Below, one piece after another: positions 12,924 to 26,053 of a stretch of DNA of 64,000 bases. The position numbers and the translations under genes were made by a program. Location: assembly GCA_003971905.1 (NCBI GenBank), contig RSEE01000028.1, forward strand, positions 62,001 through 126,000, read 5' to 3'. Position 1 is the stretch's first letter, and every line of letters starts with the position of its first letter. The notes under the pieces are model-generated. The model saw only the letters and a list, made by a program, of their open reading frames with translations, searched no databases and was not told the origin of the DNA. Origin of the DNA: Moniliella sp. 'wahieum'. Lineage: Eukaryota.

Positions 12924-15900
12924 CTACGTGCCGTACTGGACGCCGCGGTAGTACGCTGGCGGGAACTGGCCCACAATGTCGACAAAGGGACGTTCGACGA
13001 CAACCAGCTCTGCCTCTGCCGACGCGTCGTTGGCGGGCGGATCGAGCGTGCCGACACACAAGGTGCCCTGGAAGTCGTCAAACAGATGCGAGCGCCATCG
13101 CGACGGCTCGTTCTCCCGTCCCTCGCTCACCACGCCCAGCCAGGTCGCGCCCACAGCAGCAACGTCTCCTTGCCCGGGTGCGGGCTGGGCAGCCAGGCCA
13201 CCCCAGCCGCTGGGTTGCGTTGCCGGCGAATGGCCTGGGTAGCCTGTTGGCCCAACTGGCCCAACCAGGCGGCAGGCTTATGTCCCTCGACCGTCACAAA
13301 CTCCACCACATTCGTCGGTAGCACCATGAGCGCCACGCCAAACGCCTCGGAGGCCGGGTCGAGCGAGGGATGGAAGCCGACGGCGGTAGGCACCTGGCTA
13401 GGCGAGGCCAGTTGCCTCACATGCGCCATGGCGTCCAGGTTGAAAACATGAACCCTGCGAAGACTGTCGACCGTCAAGAGCCACTGGCCATCGGGGCTGA
13501 TCACAGCGTGGTGCACCACAGCGTACACCTCCGCTTCGCCATCCGGACCGGTCTCTGCCACTGCGGGAGGCGTCCACCTCCATGGCCTCCCCGGCTCCCT
13601 CTTTCTCCTTGGACAAGCTCTCCTTCTTTCGCGCGCACGGGTGCAATTGAGCGGCCAAAGGGAGTTGCAACAAAGCGAGCGCGATGCGCAGTAAACGAAG
13701 CAACCACCGTAGACGCGCCCAAGTCGATCACATACACCAGCGAAGAAGCGTACGAGGCGAGAACAAGTCGTTGCCCATCGGGTGTGAAGGTCAATGCTGA
13801 CGCACCGGGCGGGGTGACTCCGTCAAAGGCGGTGCGGAGGGTAGCAAGGCGCTGGGGCCTGACCTTGCCTCCAGGACGTGGATGGAGACGGAAGAGCTTG
13901 GTTTCATACAGGTCACTGATGGCGAGGAATTGACCGTCGGGGGAGACGGTATGGCTGATCAGCGGGGTGTGAGCTTGGAATTGCATCTCGATCACCTTCT
14001 TCCATTGGCCATCTTCGCCCTGTACAACGGAAGCGATCGGAGCCGCACCCAGACTTTCGTCCCGTACCACCGCCTTGGATGGAAGGGACCAGATTGAGAT
14101 GGTATGTTCCCGTTGGGAACCCGATACATCCGGCACCTCCTTCTCGTGCCGAAGCACAATCCAACGCTTCCCCCACACGAGCGCCACACACCCCCACCCA
14201 CGAGAGAAGCACGGGTTGTCTCAGGGACATAATGCCTTGCGGTAGTATGCGTCGGCAAAGTTGGTGGAGGATCCCTTGCCTTTGGCGTTTGCTTTAAAGC
14301 TAGAGGGCTTGCCGCGGCCACTGACCGTGGCAGCAGCGGTAAATGTGACGGAGCAATCGGTACCGCCCGAGGCAAGCAACGGGGTGCGGCCCACGTCATT
14401 GGAAGCTTGCTTCTTGCTCAAACGGTCCTGGATCGCCTGGGCCGCAGCGGTAATGTCAAAGACTGGCTCGATGGCCAGGGCCCGAATGTCGTGCGCATGA
14501 AGCCTACGCACCGCCGTGGTGATCCAGCGGGCGGAGGCTTCATTGGGCTTCCCATGGCTCGCCATGCCCGCCGTGGTCAAAGCGCCCACCAAGGTGTACT
14601 CCACCACCTTTTGATCCACACCAGCCGAATACACCCTCCGTCCATCAGGGCCAACAGTCAGCGCAAGCACGTCCGCCTCCGACCCATGCGCACGGAAGGA
14701 AGCGGTGGGAATGGCGAGTCGGGTAACGGGATCGTAGAAGGTAACCCGCCCATTGCTGTCACCGAGGATGATCGTGCCGTCGCCTAGAACAGCGCAGCAC
14801 CACACAATCGTCGTTTCCCTCCGATTCCGACGGACCGAGAGCTTATTCACAATCCCCCGGTTGGAGGACTCCAGATGACAGCGGATCCCTGTGCCGTACC
14901 ACCCAAGAGGAACGTATCTTCCCATTGTCCTGCCTCATCCTCCTCATCATCCTCATCCGAGTCATCCTCATCGTCCGAATCCGTACCAGCAGTAGCGTCC
15001 GACTCGTCCCCCTTGCTCGTCTGGGCCGCTGTTGTCTTGGCGACTTGTTTGGAATTGGGCGCAAGGCGCCGGGGCGGGCCCCATGCCAACGCCATCACCC
15101 TCCCCTGCGTCTTTTCAAACCGGCTGGTAGCACCCACATACTCGGTTGTCGGTCCGGCCTTGGAGTGAACTTGGCGCGAATGAGCAAAGTGACGGCTGGA
15201 GGAAGTGAGGGGCTCAAAGGTGTCCGAGGTGGAAATGTCAAACAGACGCACCTCCCCACCCTCGCAGCCCACCGCCAAAAACCGGCCGGTCGGCGAGGCA
15301 GCCAGGGACCAGACCGTACCCCCGTCGGACGAAAGCGTGCGAGTCGTTCCTACCTTGGCTCGGGATTGGATCGAGTCGGCGACCGATTGACCCAGCGTGT
15401 CCTCTCCCGCTTCGGCGCCTTCGAAGGCGAGATCGGGAGAGAGGTAGTGCTCGGTGACGGTGCTGCCGCCCGAGGTACTGAACAGACGGAGTACCGTGAC
15501 GGGGGGGCCCTTGCTGGACGCCGAGAAGAAGCTGGTGTGGACAATGGGGGAGCGCACAAAGCACAGATGATCCACCTTGGCGTTATTCGGCATAACCAAC
15601 ACCTACACAACCAGGGTCAGCAGGCAGGTCCCAACGGGAGCTCGGAGGGGAGGGAAACGCACAGTGTGGGTTACATATCCCTTGGCACCACTGCCATCGG
15701 AGGGCGAGCCTGATGCATCCTGGCACCAAGTCTGGAGAGCAACCGTTCCGTCTTCCCTTGCCACGGCAAGGAGCGAACGGGCGCGCTCGCCGCCATCGCG
15801 AACGGCCTTGGGCGGCGGGGGTGCAAAGGCGAGGGCACTGATGCCGGCCGGCTGCCAATCGACAAAACGGACGCGATGAAGAAGCGCACTGTGGGCTGTG

Positions 15901-15968
15901 CCGCTGTCGGCAGCGTTGGTGTCGGCGCCAGGAGGGGGGCGCGGACGAGGGGCCACGGCGGCGGACAT
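12924..15968 (-). CDS. UTP4: U3 snoRNP/SSU processome WD40 protein Utp4 (cirhin)
   Basis: N-terminal HRVRFVDWQPAGISALAF, WD40 segments (GGTVWSLAASPTG, GDSNGRVTFYD, ADVLALTV, HAHDIRALA) and C-terminal ELVVVERPFVDIVGQFPPAYY. Confidence 0.9.
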
Positions 15969-16041
15969 GGCGCGCGATGGGCGGATGGAGTGGGGGCACT
16001 TCTTCTGTCTACCTGCTGCCCTGGCGGGCAAAAATTGGCTC

Positions 16042-16052
16042 CAAAAAAATGG
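16042..16052 (-). promoter_or_regulatory. RRPE-like motif CCATTTTTTTG upstream of UTP4
   Basis: An identical 11-mer lies at a similar distance upstream of URB1 (27602-27612). Confidence 0.4.
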
Positions 16053-17265
16053 CTGAGGTAAGGCGAGTGGGTCATTCCGCCCTTGCGTTTCCGCCCGGCC
16101 GAGCAAGCGGATGTCTGGGCTCGCGTGTCACACGTCACATGTCAGAGGCTGCCCAGCCAGCTGCCCAGCGGGCCTTGGTACCCAACGCGGGACGGCCATG
16201 GCGGTGGGATGTGGCCAGGACCCAAGTACGCCGTGCTGCTGCCTCTCGATGCTGACACGAACCCGCCACACTCCCCTCTTAGCCAGTGGCTCCAGGGTCA
16301 TCCAGAGCATCTCCTTTGGTGCAGTGCCGCCATCCGTCACGTCGGCCGCATGGCCAAACTTGCCAGTGCCAATTTGGGACACCGTAGTAGGCGGCAGAGG
16401 GAATGGAACCCATCTCTGTAGTGTTGTGGCCACCGTACCTCTAATTGGCCCTAAGAGCGAGAGAGATATTGCAGCACACTGCTATTAGCCTGTCTCCATA
16501 TACATGTTCCCCCTCCTACTATCATATCTTGGCCCGCAACTGGGGTAAGGACCAGTGATCGATTGGGGGTTTGCCGATAGAAGCGCGGATAGAAAAATGT
16601 GTGGCGTCGATTCTCGGACCAAAGCTACGCTACTCACCAGCTCTTGGCCGCCTTTGCCCCCCCCCCCCCCCAAGACGCTGGGTCCCACTACAGTGACGCA
16701 ACTGCTCCACAGCAGGGCGCGGCTGTGCGCACCAATGTTAGTCGGATGGGAAGCGCACGCGTAGAGATGGGGTGGAGCGGTGTGCGCAAGCCCAAATTCC
16801 CCTTGCTGAACTCTGTATGCACGACCTCATTCTTGGCCTTTCTTCACCCCACATCCCTTCGCGCAACCCGTCACGTCCATTGCACTACCCCACCGAACCA
16901 ACTAACATGGCTCGCTTGGCATCTTTCTCGCGGCTCACACCTCGGCTCGCACCAGCTCTGACTCCCACTTTGCCATCTGTCTCCTGCTGGCAACATCACT
17001 CGCACCTACGCCCCCCCGTCCCTACGCGCCCCCCAATCCGTCGCCCAGTCTCCACACTTTGGCCACGCGGCGACCGTCTGGCAGCCAAAGCCCGATGAAG
17101 TAGCTCGTCCATGGTACGAATTCCACTGCATTGTGGCTTGGTTATGAATTCGTCTTTCTTGGTGCCCCGCTGTGGACGATGGTTCATCCAGGTGGAGCGC
17201 ACGTTTTTATTATTTTTCGTGGCTGATGCACCGACCGGCCCCCACTAGCAAGTGCCCGTCGGGGG

Positions 17266-18873
17266 CTACACGCGCACCCACACTTGGCCGTGGGACGCAG
17301 CTAAGCGGGACAGGACCAGGACGGCGGTACCGGTCATGGCGATAGCGGCCGAGTAGAGCATCAATGGCCACCAGCGATCGTTGTGGCTGCCCAGCACGGC
17401 GCCGCCAATGGGCGTGCCAAACAGACCGGCAAAGGCCAGAACAAAGTAGCATGTGCCCATGCGCGCACCGACCGTATCGGTGGGACCGATTTGGGCCAAG
17501 CAGGAAGGTAAGACGGAGACGAAGGTGCCTGTCCGAACGCCCGAATTGCCACACGATCAAGATCATTCGGCTGGGTCAGCATCCCGCAAAAAGGTAAGTA
17601 GGAGGGAGAGGACGAACCGGAACTAATGCCATACAGGATCGAGGCGGGAATCAGGCCGCCCAAGTGGGTGGCGAGCGGCCAGACGAAGAGGATGATGGAA
17701 GCGACGGCGCACATGGGGATGATCATGTTGAAGCGACCAATCTTGTCGGCGAAGAAGCCGGGGAGGATGCGTCCAAAAGTGGACGAGGCGTTGATGACCG
17801 ACAAGAAATACGTGCCTTGCGGGATGTGGTACTGGGTGGTGAACAGGTCGAGGTAGGTCCATAGGTTGTACAGGGTCAAGAAGATCAGAAACGCTCCGAG
17901 GGTGAGCAGGAAAAGGCGGCGGATTGGAATGCGGAGAACTGGATCCATGGACTCGGCGCCATCCGCCGTTGGCCAGGCTCAGTTTGGGCACCAGTCGTTG
18001 GCGTAGCGCAAAGTACGAAGGGATGAAAGTGCCAAGCCCATAAATCCAAAAATGCGCATGCACCAAGGGAAGCCAACGTTGGGATGGTCAATCAACTTGC
18101 GCGCCGCAATGGGGAGGACGGTACCACCAAGGGAGCTGCCAGAGCAACAACGCCATTGGAAATGCCCTGCGGCGCAGGAACCAGTGGGAGAGACCATGGT
18201 GCCCGCGTTGAACAAAAGGGCACATCCGAAGGCGATGCCCACCGCTTGGGCCAGAAACAATTCCGCATACGTCTTGCACAGCGACAGCAACATGTGGCAC
18301 ACGACGAAAACACCGGCACCCACCACCAAGAACGTCTGTGGGGAAAAAAAGGGCAGCAGAACACTCTGTTAGTATACCATGCGATAGAGGCAGAACACTG
18401 GGGAGGCGCACGCACAGATCGAAGGTACCCGGCATCAAACAGGCGACCGACAATGGGGCCCATGGCAAACAAAACCCATACTGAAACGAGCCAATCCAGG
18501 CTACTTGGCTAGAAGATTTGTCGTTCAGAATGGTACGCAGGTATATTCTTCGTACACGCCGAACGTATTCACCAGCCCAAACGACCAAAACAAGCACCAA
18601 AACCCTCCAAACACGGCGAGCCAGGCGTGATGCCCCCCTCGGGAAAGTCAGAGGGGGAATCAAACGCGGTGAAAATCTCCTCGTTCACCACGTCCGGCCA
18701 TCTTCTCCGACATTCACCACGGTACGGCCATCTTCTCCGTCCCCGTCGCCGGCGCGGTCGATCGGCAGTGGAGAAGAAAGGGAAGGAGCTGCATCGTCCA
18801 CCTTTTTAGGGCAGTCCAGCGCCGCTTCCTTTTCCAAATCGGGCGATTCGTATATAGGATCGGCTTGCGGCAT
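17266..18873 (-). CDS. MFS monocarboxylate-porter (MCH/MCT) family transporter
   Basis: Motifs SQVAWIGSFQ, MGPIVGRLFDAG, YAELFLAQAVG, GSSLGGTVLPI, GFPWCMR, NASSTFGRILPGFFADKIGRFN and VGARMG...GTPIGGA. Confidence 0.9.
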
Positions 18874-20401
18874 GTCGGACGGATCGGGATTGGCACGGCT
18901 CTTGCCGGAGCAGGAAGTGGGGTTGAGTACGTGCATGGGATGGGTGGCAGGCGGAGGGAAGGAGGAGCAACGGGATGGAATAGGGAAAGGCGTGAGGGGA
19001 GGGGATGGCAGCAATGGGCAATGGTTAGAGGAGTGCGTCGTGGGGAGGCTCGGACGCATGCACCCGTCTCGTTCGGACGTTGTATATAGCGGCCAAGGGG
19101 GGGAGGGGGGCCGCGCCGTGGGCGAACAGCGACGCGAGATGGAGATGGTCGGATGGGAAAGCGAGGCAGTCGGTACGTGTACCGAGGAGGAGTCGGACGA
19201 GGGGGGGTGCCGGGCCAAGTCCGAGACCGCGAGCAACAGCAGACCGTTCGCCCTGGCTGCCGTTGTACTGGGGCAGGGGCATGCGGTTAACCGTTAACCC
19301 CGCGGTATCGCCGCGGGTAAAAGAAAAAACGCGCGGAAAATGGGGTGCTGCTAGTGACAACTAGTGATGGCCTCCTTGAACGCGGACATATGCGGACCTA
19401 GCGCAGCGCCTAGCTACTACGTATGGATTACCCGGCCACCGGGGTGCAGGACAGGGCAGGGTAGGGCAGGAGGGCGATGCGATGGCGTGGTGGCCAGTGG
19501 CGGCGGAAGAGCATGCCGGCCGCGTCCGACGTTTTGGATTGTACCCGCGCGTTCTTTCATGCTCCAAACGGGCGCGTTGCCTCAGGTTGCCTCCACATCC
19601 ACATTTCCTGCGTTATGTACATGCTCCCCAAGGCGGGCGAAGAATGGGGGAAGTTCTAGCGCTGGAGGTGTGGCGCGGTGGCGCGCCATAACCGGTGACC
19701 GGTGACCGCCGGTGAGTCCAGGCTGCTCGCAGTGTCCCCGCGGATACAGTGATATGCATTATGGCGCTATCCGCGTTATCAGCGACCACGTTCGCCACAA
19801 ACCGCCCAGCCACTGATGCCACAATGCATTCTGTGCCGGTTGCAACCACCTTTCGCACCACTCAACCACCTCTCCGAGAACCACGAGAAGAGATAGCTGC
19901 TGATGAGAAACGCTACCCAAAGAGAGAAGAAGGCTGTGCATCCTGTACAAGCGCGCATGCGGCTGATTGGGTATAGAGGGCTACGAGACACACGGGGCAC
20001 AACGCATAACGCATAACGCATCTTGACGATTGTCCACCGGTTCGGGCCGTCGGGGCGCGAGCGCGACTGACGCGAACCACGAGCCCAACGGGGTGCTGCG
20101 GGCGGGACGAGGTAATGATGGGTGCCAGTGCCAGCGGAGAAGAAGGAAAGAGCAGGATGCTACTAGTAGGGAGATGAAGATAGCACAATTGATCTATGAG
20201 CCTTCTGGGAGGGACCCTACGAGGGAGGGAAGAAGGCTCGGGGAGAGAGAGACACAAGTGCCCAGGAATAGGGCACAGAGGCGTTCGGCGCGGGAGGACA
20301 TGGGACACGCCGTCGTTTCACTTCAATGCGGCGGTGCCGCTGAGACTAGGCCCTGAGGCGGGTGCATTCCAGCAACCGAAACCAAGATGGGTGCGAGCAG
20401 T

Positions 20402-20441
20402 ACAAGAGCAAGAACAAGACAAGAACAAGAACAAGAACAAG
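20402..20441 (+). repeat. (ACAAGA)n microsatellite
   Basis: Directly visible, imperfect. Confidence 0.85.
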
Positions 20442-20656
20442 GAACCCAATCCAAAACCCAATCGAATAAGATCAACCCGTTGACAAGGGACGGAATAGAG
20501 AATGTAAGCCAAAGAGGGGGGCAGCCCAACGCGACGACCCAGTGCGCGCCGCGGTCATGCAAGCGAGCGACGCGAAATGGGCGGTGGGGCGAAGGAGGGA
20601 GATTCATTGTGCCCGTACGGGCTAACATGCCGAACAGGACAGACCAAAACAGAGTG

Positions 20657-20709
20657 GAGTAGAGAGTAGAGTAGAGTAGAGTAGAGTAGAGTAGAGTAGA
20701 GTAGAGTAG
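20657..20709 (+). repeat. (GAGTA)n microsatellite
   Basis: About 9-10 copies, directly visible. Confidence 0.95.
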
Positions 20710-20894
20710 CCACAAACACAAGAAAGAAAAACCGCATGCGAGGGGAACGGGGATCGAGGTTGACCGGGACCGGTGACGAGCGATGGGGGAGCAATAGGGA
20801 GGAGAAACCGGGGAAAAGGTAGGAGAGCGTGACGAGGGGGGGAGGGGAGAAAGGAATGGAGTCCTGGAAGGCCATTGCAACGCAGAGATACGAG

Positions 20895-20928
<34 letters not shown>

Positions 20929-21251
20929 GGACGCCGCGCGCCCGCCATCGCCTTTGCTCGCGTCCGCATGTGGCGGCGCGACGTGCGGATGTGATCGTGT
21001 GGAACGAGGGGGCAGGGCCAGCGGCCTAGCTGCCTCTCTCTGTCGCGTGCGATCGATTGGTGGACGTCCCAAAGGAAGGACAAGCGGGCACCCAAGTCCT
21101 GGAAAAAAGCAAGGATAACAAGGGGGAAGGAGTGCCTCTGGGTGGCGGAGCGGTGCAAACGAGGAAACGGGGTATATGCAAAAAGTTCAAAGCCCAGTTG
21201 ATGGGGTGCGGTGCGTGGGGGTGGGGCTGAGCGCCCAGACAAAGCGTAGCG

Positions 21252-22451
21252 TTAGCCCGCCGCGGCCACGCCTGGGTCGACGCGTTTTTGTTCGTTCCTT
21301 CGGCGCGTGACGACAAAGGCGACAATGGCGCCGATGGCCGTGTCCATGTACGGAGCGACCCAGAGCATCCAATTGATGTGGTTGAGCGACTTGGGTACCA
21401 CCTCGCCAAGATCATTCCCTCGGGCGTGCACAGCGACCAGATCCGACTCACCTTGTGGCAGCGCAGCACCAATTCCATCTGGCCCAGCTTGGGCACTGGC
21501 TTCTCCGGTTCAGCAGGCCGCAGCCCAGGCTGCTCCGTCTTGACCAGCGTGATGGCCGAGACGAATTTGACCACCATCGTCTCTTCTCCCTGTGGGTCGG
21601 TGTCCATCAAGCTGACGGACAAGACGGGCTCGCTCTTGCTCGACCGTTTTCGTTGGACGCGCCGGGCGGGTAAAAGAGCCATTGGCGCGTGTAGGGCCCG
21701 CGGACGACGCACGACACGCTAAACAGCGGCTTGCCCTCGTGGTCATACACACTGCGGTAGTCTTCAAACAGCGTGCGGCTGACCGACCAGCGAAACTGGA
21801 TCTGGTCCGAACTGTCAATCGCATGCACAGGCGTGGCAAACAGGCCGACGCAGTGGATCTTGAGCAACTGCGGCTCGCGGTGCGGTGTACTGGGGAAAGA
21901 GGCCGATGGGCATGCCGGGACGGATGACGAGGCCGCCAGTGGTGGGATGGCCAAACGTCAGCGGCGGCGGGAGCGGGGGATCGTCGCCCTTGTGCCAGCG
22001 GGCAAGACGGGACTTGTGGGAGACCATGTCGCCGTCGCGGCTGTGGGTCATGTGCTCCTCGTCAATGAGGCGCAGAAAGCCCTTTTCGACCTCGCCGGCG
22101 CGGTAGCCGTTCTGGGACGCGTCGCCCTTGCGGACGATGGGGCTGGGCGGGGGCTGGGCAGGGGCAGGCCATGGGGGAAGCGGCGAGCGAGATGCTCTTG
22201 GCGGGTCAGGCCCTCGGGGACGGCGTAGGGGGAGGTGTAGGACTCCTTGAGGCTGCTGGGCGGGGGGCAGCGCGCATAGACCTCCCAGAGGTCGTGGGTG
22301 TTGTAGGCAGGGGGTGCGTCGGAGGAGGCGTGGGAGGGGCGGGAGGAGATGGAGGAGACGGCGGAGACGGAGGGGACGGAGGGGACGGGGACGGGGGCAG
22401 GCAGACGAGCTGGTCGTCCGTGGGCATGGCGGGTGGTGGAGGCGATGGCAT
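21252..22451 (-). CDS. LURP-one-related / Tubby C-terminal-like (Tub_2) protein with a Pro-rich N-terminus
   Basis: RSVYDHEGKPLFSV and, after a frameshift, MLWVAPYMDTAIGAIVAFVV, which matches the family's C-terminal V-x-P-x-x-D plus buried helix pattern. Confidence 0.65.
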
Positions 22452-22856
22452 GGGGCGTGGCGCGGGTGGGGTTGGGTGTGCTGGCTGGGCTGTGCAGGCG
22501 GGCGCGGGGAGCGGAAGCAGGGGCGGAAGCAGCAGCGCAAGCGGCGGTTAGCGCGCCGGTACGCCCGCCAGGCATTGATGCAAGGGGCGCCCTACTAATG
22601 TGTGATCACCCATCACCCCGCGTGCCAGCCCCCTCTGCAGCGCACTAGGCACTACCAGCAGCACCCGCCACACCGCCCGCGCTGCCTGCCTTCTGTCCCG
22701 AACAGGCGCCTTGCGCCCAGCCATGCCACGCCTACGTTGAACATTTCTATTCCCCATTTCCCTTTTCCCGCCGCGGCGGTGCACCAGCAGGGCGATCGAA
22801 ATGGAGATCTGAGACCCTGGACAATGTGATGATGTGTGTCACACGTGATGCACACA

Positions 22857-24969
22857 TCACATGTCCCCACCGGCCCAGCGGCGCATCCGACCTGGGTCCA
22901 ACCGCACCACTGCCTCCACCAGCTGCGACCCACACCGCCGCATCCCATTCCACCCCACCGCGTCTCGCGTGTCAGCACTCTACGCTCCACTCGCACAGCA
23001 TCCCAAGCATCCCAACGCACCTGGCCAGCCGGCGGCACGCACGCCACCACCTCTTGCACCAACCGCTGCACCTCGGCCCGCAGTCCCGCCCGTTCCGTCG
23101 CCACGCCGTGCGCTTCGTCCGCTGCCTCGCCCACCGCCTCGCTCCCCGCATCCGCGTCTTCGTACAGCTCAAACCCCACCCACACCTCTGCTGCGCTCGC
23201 CACCACCTCGTCGGCGCGCCGTGTGAGCGGCGGGGCGACGGCGCCGACGCGTGCGTCTGTATGCGCATCTGCATCTGCATGCGCACCTGCCTCCACCTCG
23301 GGCGCAGCGAGGCGGACCAACTGCCGCAGCGTGCGCACCACCTCGCTCGCCACGGCGACATAGGCGCGCTGGGGCCGTCGGTCCAGCGTGCCGTCGGTGC
23401 GGAACGCGGAGCGGAGGTGGGGCTCTTGCTCGGGCGGGGCTGGCGGGGCAACAGGACGAAGCGAGTGGAGGATAGCGAGCAGCGCTTCGACCAGGCTATC
23501 CAGTAGCCTGCCTGCGCCGCCTGGCCCGAGGTCGGACAGCACCACGCGCGCGCCGGCCAGGAGCGCGCGCAGGGTAGCCAAGTTGCTTTGCGTTGTCGTG
23601 CGTCCGAGGTGGGCAGGGGCGCTTCGTCGGGCCCCGGGTCGCGCTGTGGCGGAAGTGGGAACGGCGCGTGGGGCACGGGGAGAAATACGATGGGCCGCAG
23701 GACGGCGTGCGTGACCAGCTGGTACAGCCGATCAAAGCGTAGTACCGCCGCGGGGACCGTGGCAGCTTTGTCGTCGTTGTGTGCGGCGGTCGAGTGGGCC
23801 GTGGTGGTGAGCAAGGCGAGGGCGCGAGCGGCACAGAGCGAGTCCCATACCAACGCAGCGCTCAGGCGCTGCCCCAGCAAACCAAAGTTGGTGTCCAGCT
23901 GAGCTTGCACCAACGGCGCCAGCCCCGAGCGATGCAACAGGGTAATCGCCTTGGCTTCTTCGGTGTTGGTCTCGGTCTCGGTCTCGGTTTCGGTCTCGGT
24001 CTCGGCCTCGGCCTCGGTCGCGCGCCCATCGAATCGGTCCATGCCCGGCGCCAAAAGCAGGTTGAACGTAGCTCGCGCCGCCACGATGCGCACCCTCATA
24101 TCCGAATCCTCCAGCAACCGTACCAAGCGGCAGGATCAGCGACCACCACTGCCAGGCCTCTGCGCTCGACGCCGACGCGACCTGGTCCAGCGCCGTTCCC
24201 AGCACCGAAGCGCACCAGGCAACCACATGAATCGCACCAATCCCCGCATGGCGAGACGCAAGCACCTTGGTTACCTCCTCGGCATGGATGGGAAAGGGGG
24301 GGCGGTCGAGCGCCACGTGGTGGGCCCACGGATGCGTAGGGGGAGTTTGAGAAAACCGGTCGGTATACGGCGCGCCGCCCTTCCACAGCGTCTCCTCCGT
24401 CAGGGCTGGGTCGTGCAGGCTAGGATCGCCCGAACGTCGACCAGGCCCACTGGCCGCTGCTTGATTCGTCCCGCTTCATTCACCGCCTTGGGCGGGGCAA
24501 AGAGGGGTTTGACGTACTCGCGCAGCACGACCACCGCCGTGTCCACCTGTGCGGTGGGCGAGGAGCGTCGGGCGAAAGCTGCGAGAGAAGGTCCAACGCC
24601 GTCTTGCGCACCGAGCGGGCTTTGCGTTGGCTCGCCAATGAACCCACGTACCACAGCCGGTCGTCCGTGATCGGCGGAGGGGGCAGAGTGCGCAGCCGCA
24701 GCCCAGTGGGCGGGACGAGACGAGAAGTAGCTACCACCGTATCGACCAGCGCCGTGTGCAGCAGCTCCCTGCTCCGTGGCCCAGCGGGAGAGGGAAGCAC
24801 GCACCTGCTCCAACGCTCGGTCCATCGCTTGCAGCGCGTCGGGCAACAGCGTGTCCACCCACGCCTCGGCTGCCCGCCGCGTGAGCGGATCAGTATCGAT
24901 GGTGGCGCCCGAGCCGGCATAGAGTTGGGGCACAACCAACGCCCTGCAGCACGCTCGCAGCTCCTCCAT
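22857..24969 (-). CDS. TTI2: Tti2 (TEL2-TTI1-TTI2 complex) family HEAT-like protein
   Basis: VLREYVKPLF and WWSLILPL..LLEDSDMRVR resemble Tti2 motifs. A final intron (GTGCGT..GCTGAC..CAG) gives the C-terminus LVEAVVRLDPGRMRRWAGGDM*. Confidence 0.7.
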
Positions 24970-25579
24970 CCCAGTCGGCCCAGCCTCACGTGGTGGCAAG
25001 CCGCAACGACAGCGCCCAGCGCACCAAAACCCACGCGAACCCCGCGACTGAAATTGCAAGCGGGTGCAGCACGTGACCAGCACCTGGTCGCATCGATCAT
25101 CGATCATCGTTCACCGATCATCATACATCATGCATCGCCCACTGCCGTTCAGGCATGCCATCACGCGTTTCCTTCGTGATACTCGCCTCAGGCCTCGGCA
25201 CCAGTGCCAGCCTCAGGCCTCACCCGTCGCCAGCGTCTGGGCCCACGTAGCAGGGGGGTTTTTATTGACTCCCAACTGCCTCTTCCCACCGAACCCAGCT
25301 GGCTGTCCGCCATCCACCGTCTGCCCGCCGCGCGCCCTCGATCGAGGTGCACCAAGACCAAAGACGTTGTCTCTGTGTGGCAAGCCCTGTCCAACTAATA
25401 CCTACTACACGGACGCAGGACGACGATAGGAGATAGATGTGGGAGCGTGCGTGTCGTGGTGTCCAGTGTGCCTGGTCGGTACCAGGAAAAAAAAGCAGAC
25501 GCAACCGGGCCCCAGTTCCAGCGGTATGAAGATGCATCCTGTGTACTCGGTGCGCAGTACGATTCTCCCCACTCAGTAC

Positions 25580-26053
25580 TCAGTACTCCTCCTCCTCGTA
25601 GAGCATCAACGTATCCACGCCTGGGGCCCACTCGTCCGATTCGGACACGGAGCGTTCCTCCTGCTCGGCGAGCCACAGTTGGCGGTCGAGCGACGCCGCT
25701 TCGGCGGGCGAGATGCGCATTGCCGGCCACACCGCCGCCGAGGCAGGCAGGGGCGCCGCTGTGCCCATGTGGCTCGCCTGGCTCGTGGTGGGCGAGACGG
25801 TGCGCGCCGTCCGGGGGGAGAGCGACATGTGATTCAGCTGGAGCAGCATCGAGTTCTCTTCGCGCGCGTGGTCGAGCGAGGTATGCGCCATGCGGGTTTG
25901 GAGGTGGTGGATGGACTGGCGTTGGTGCAGTTCCGTTTCCAGCCCGGCGCGACGGGCAGCAATGCACTCTTGGCTCGCACGCGACAGCGATAGCCACGGT
26001 GCCGTCGACCGAGACAGGGAGGCGATCGTCGCCGTCAGCTCGGGCGTGCTCAT
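25580..26053 (-). CDS. Hypothetical protein of about 157 aa, helical/coiled-coil-like
   Basis: Uninterrupted ORF (MSTPELTATIASLS...LMLYEEEEY*) with protein-like composition. No family recognised. Confidence 0.45.
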   Translation of the reverse strand: MSTPELTATIASLSRSTAPWLSLSRASQECIAARRAGLETELHQRQSIHHLQTRMAHTSLDHAREENSMLLQLNHMSLSPRTARTVSPTTSQASHMGTAAPLPASAAVWPAMRISPAEAASLDRQLWLAEQEERSVSESDEWAPGVDTLMLYEEEEY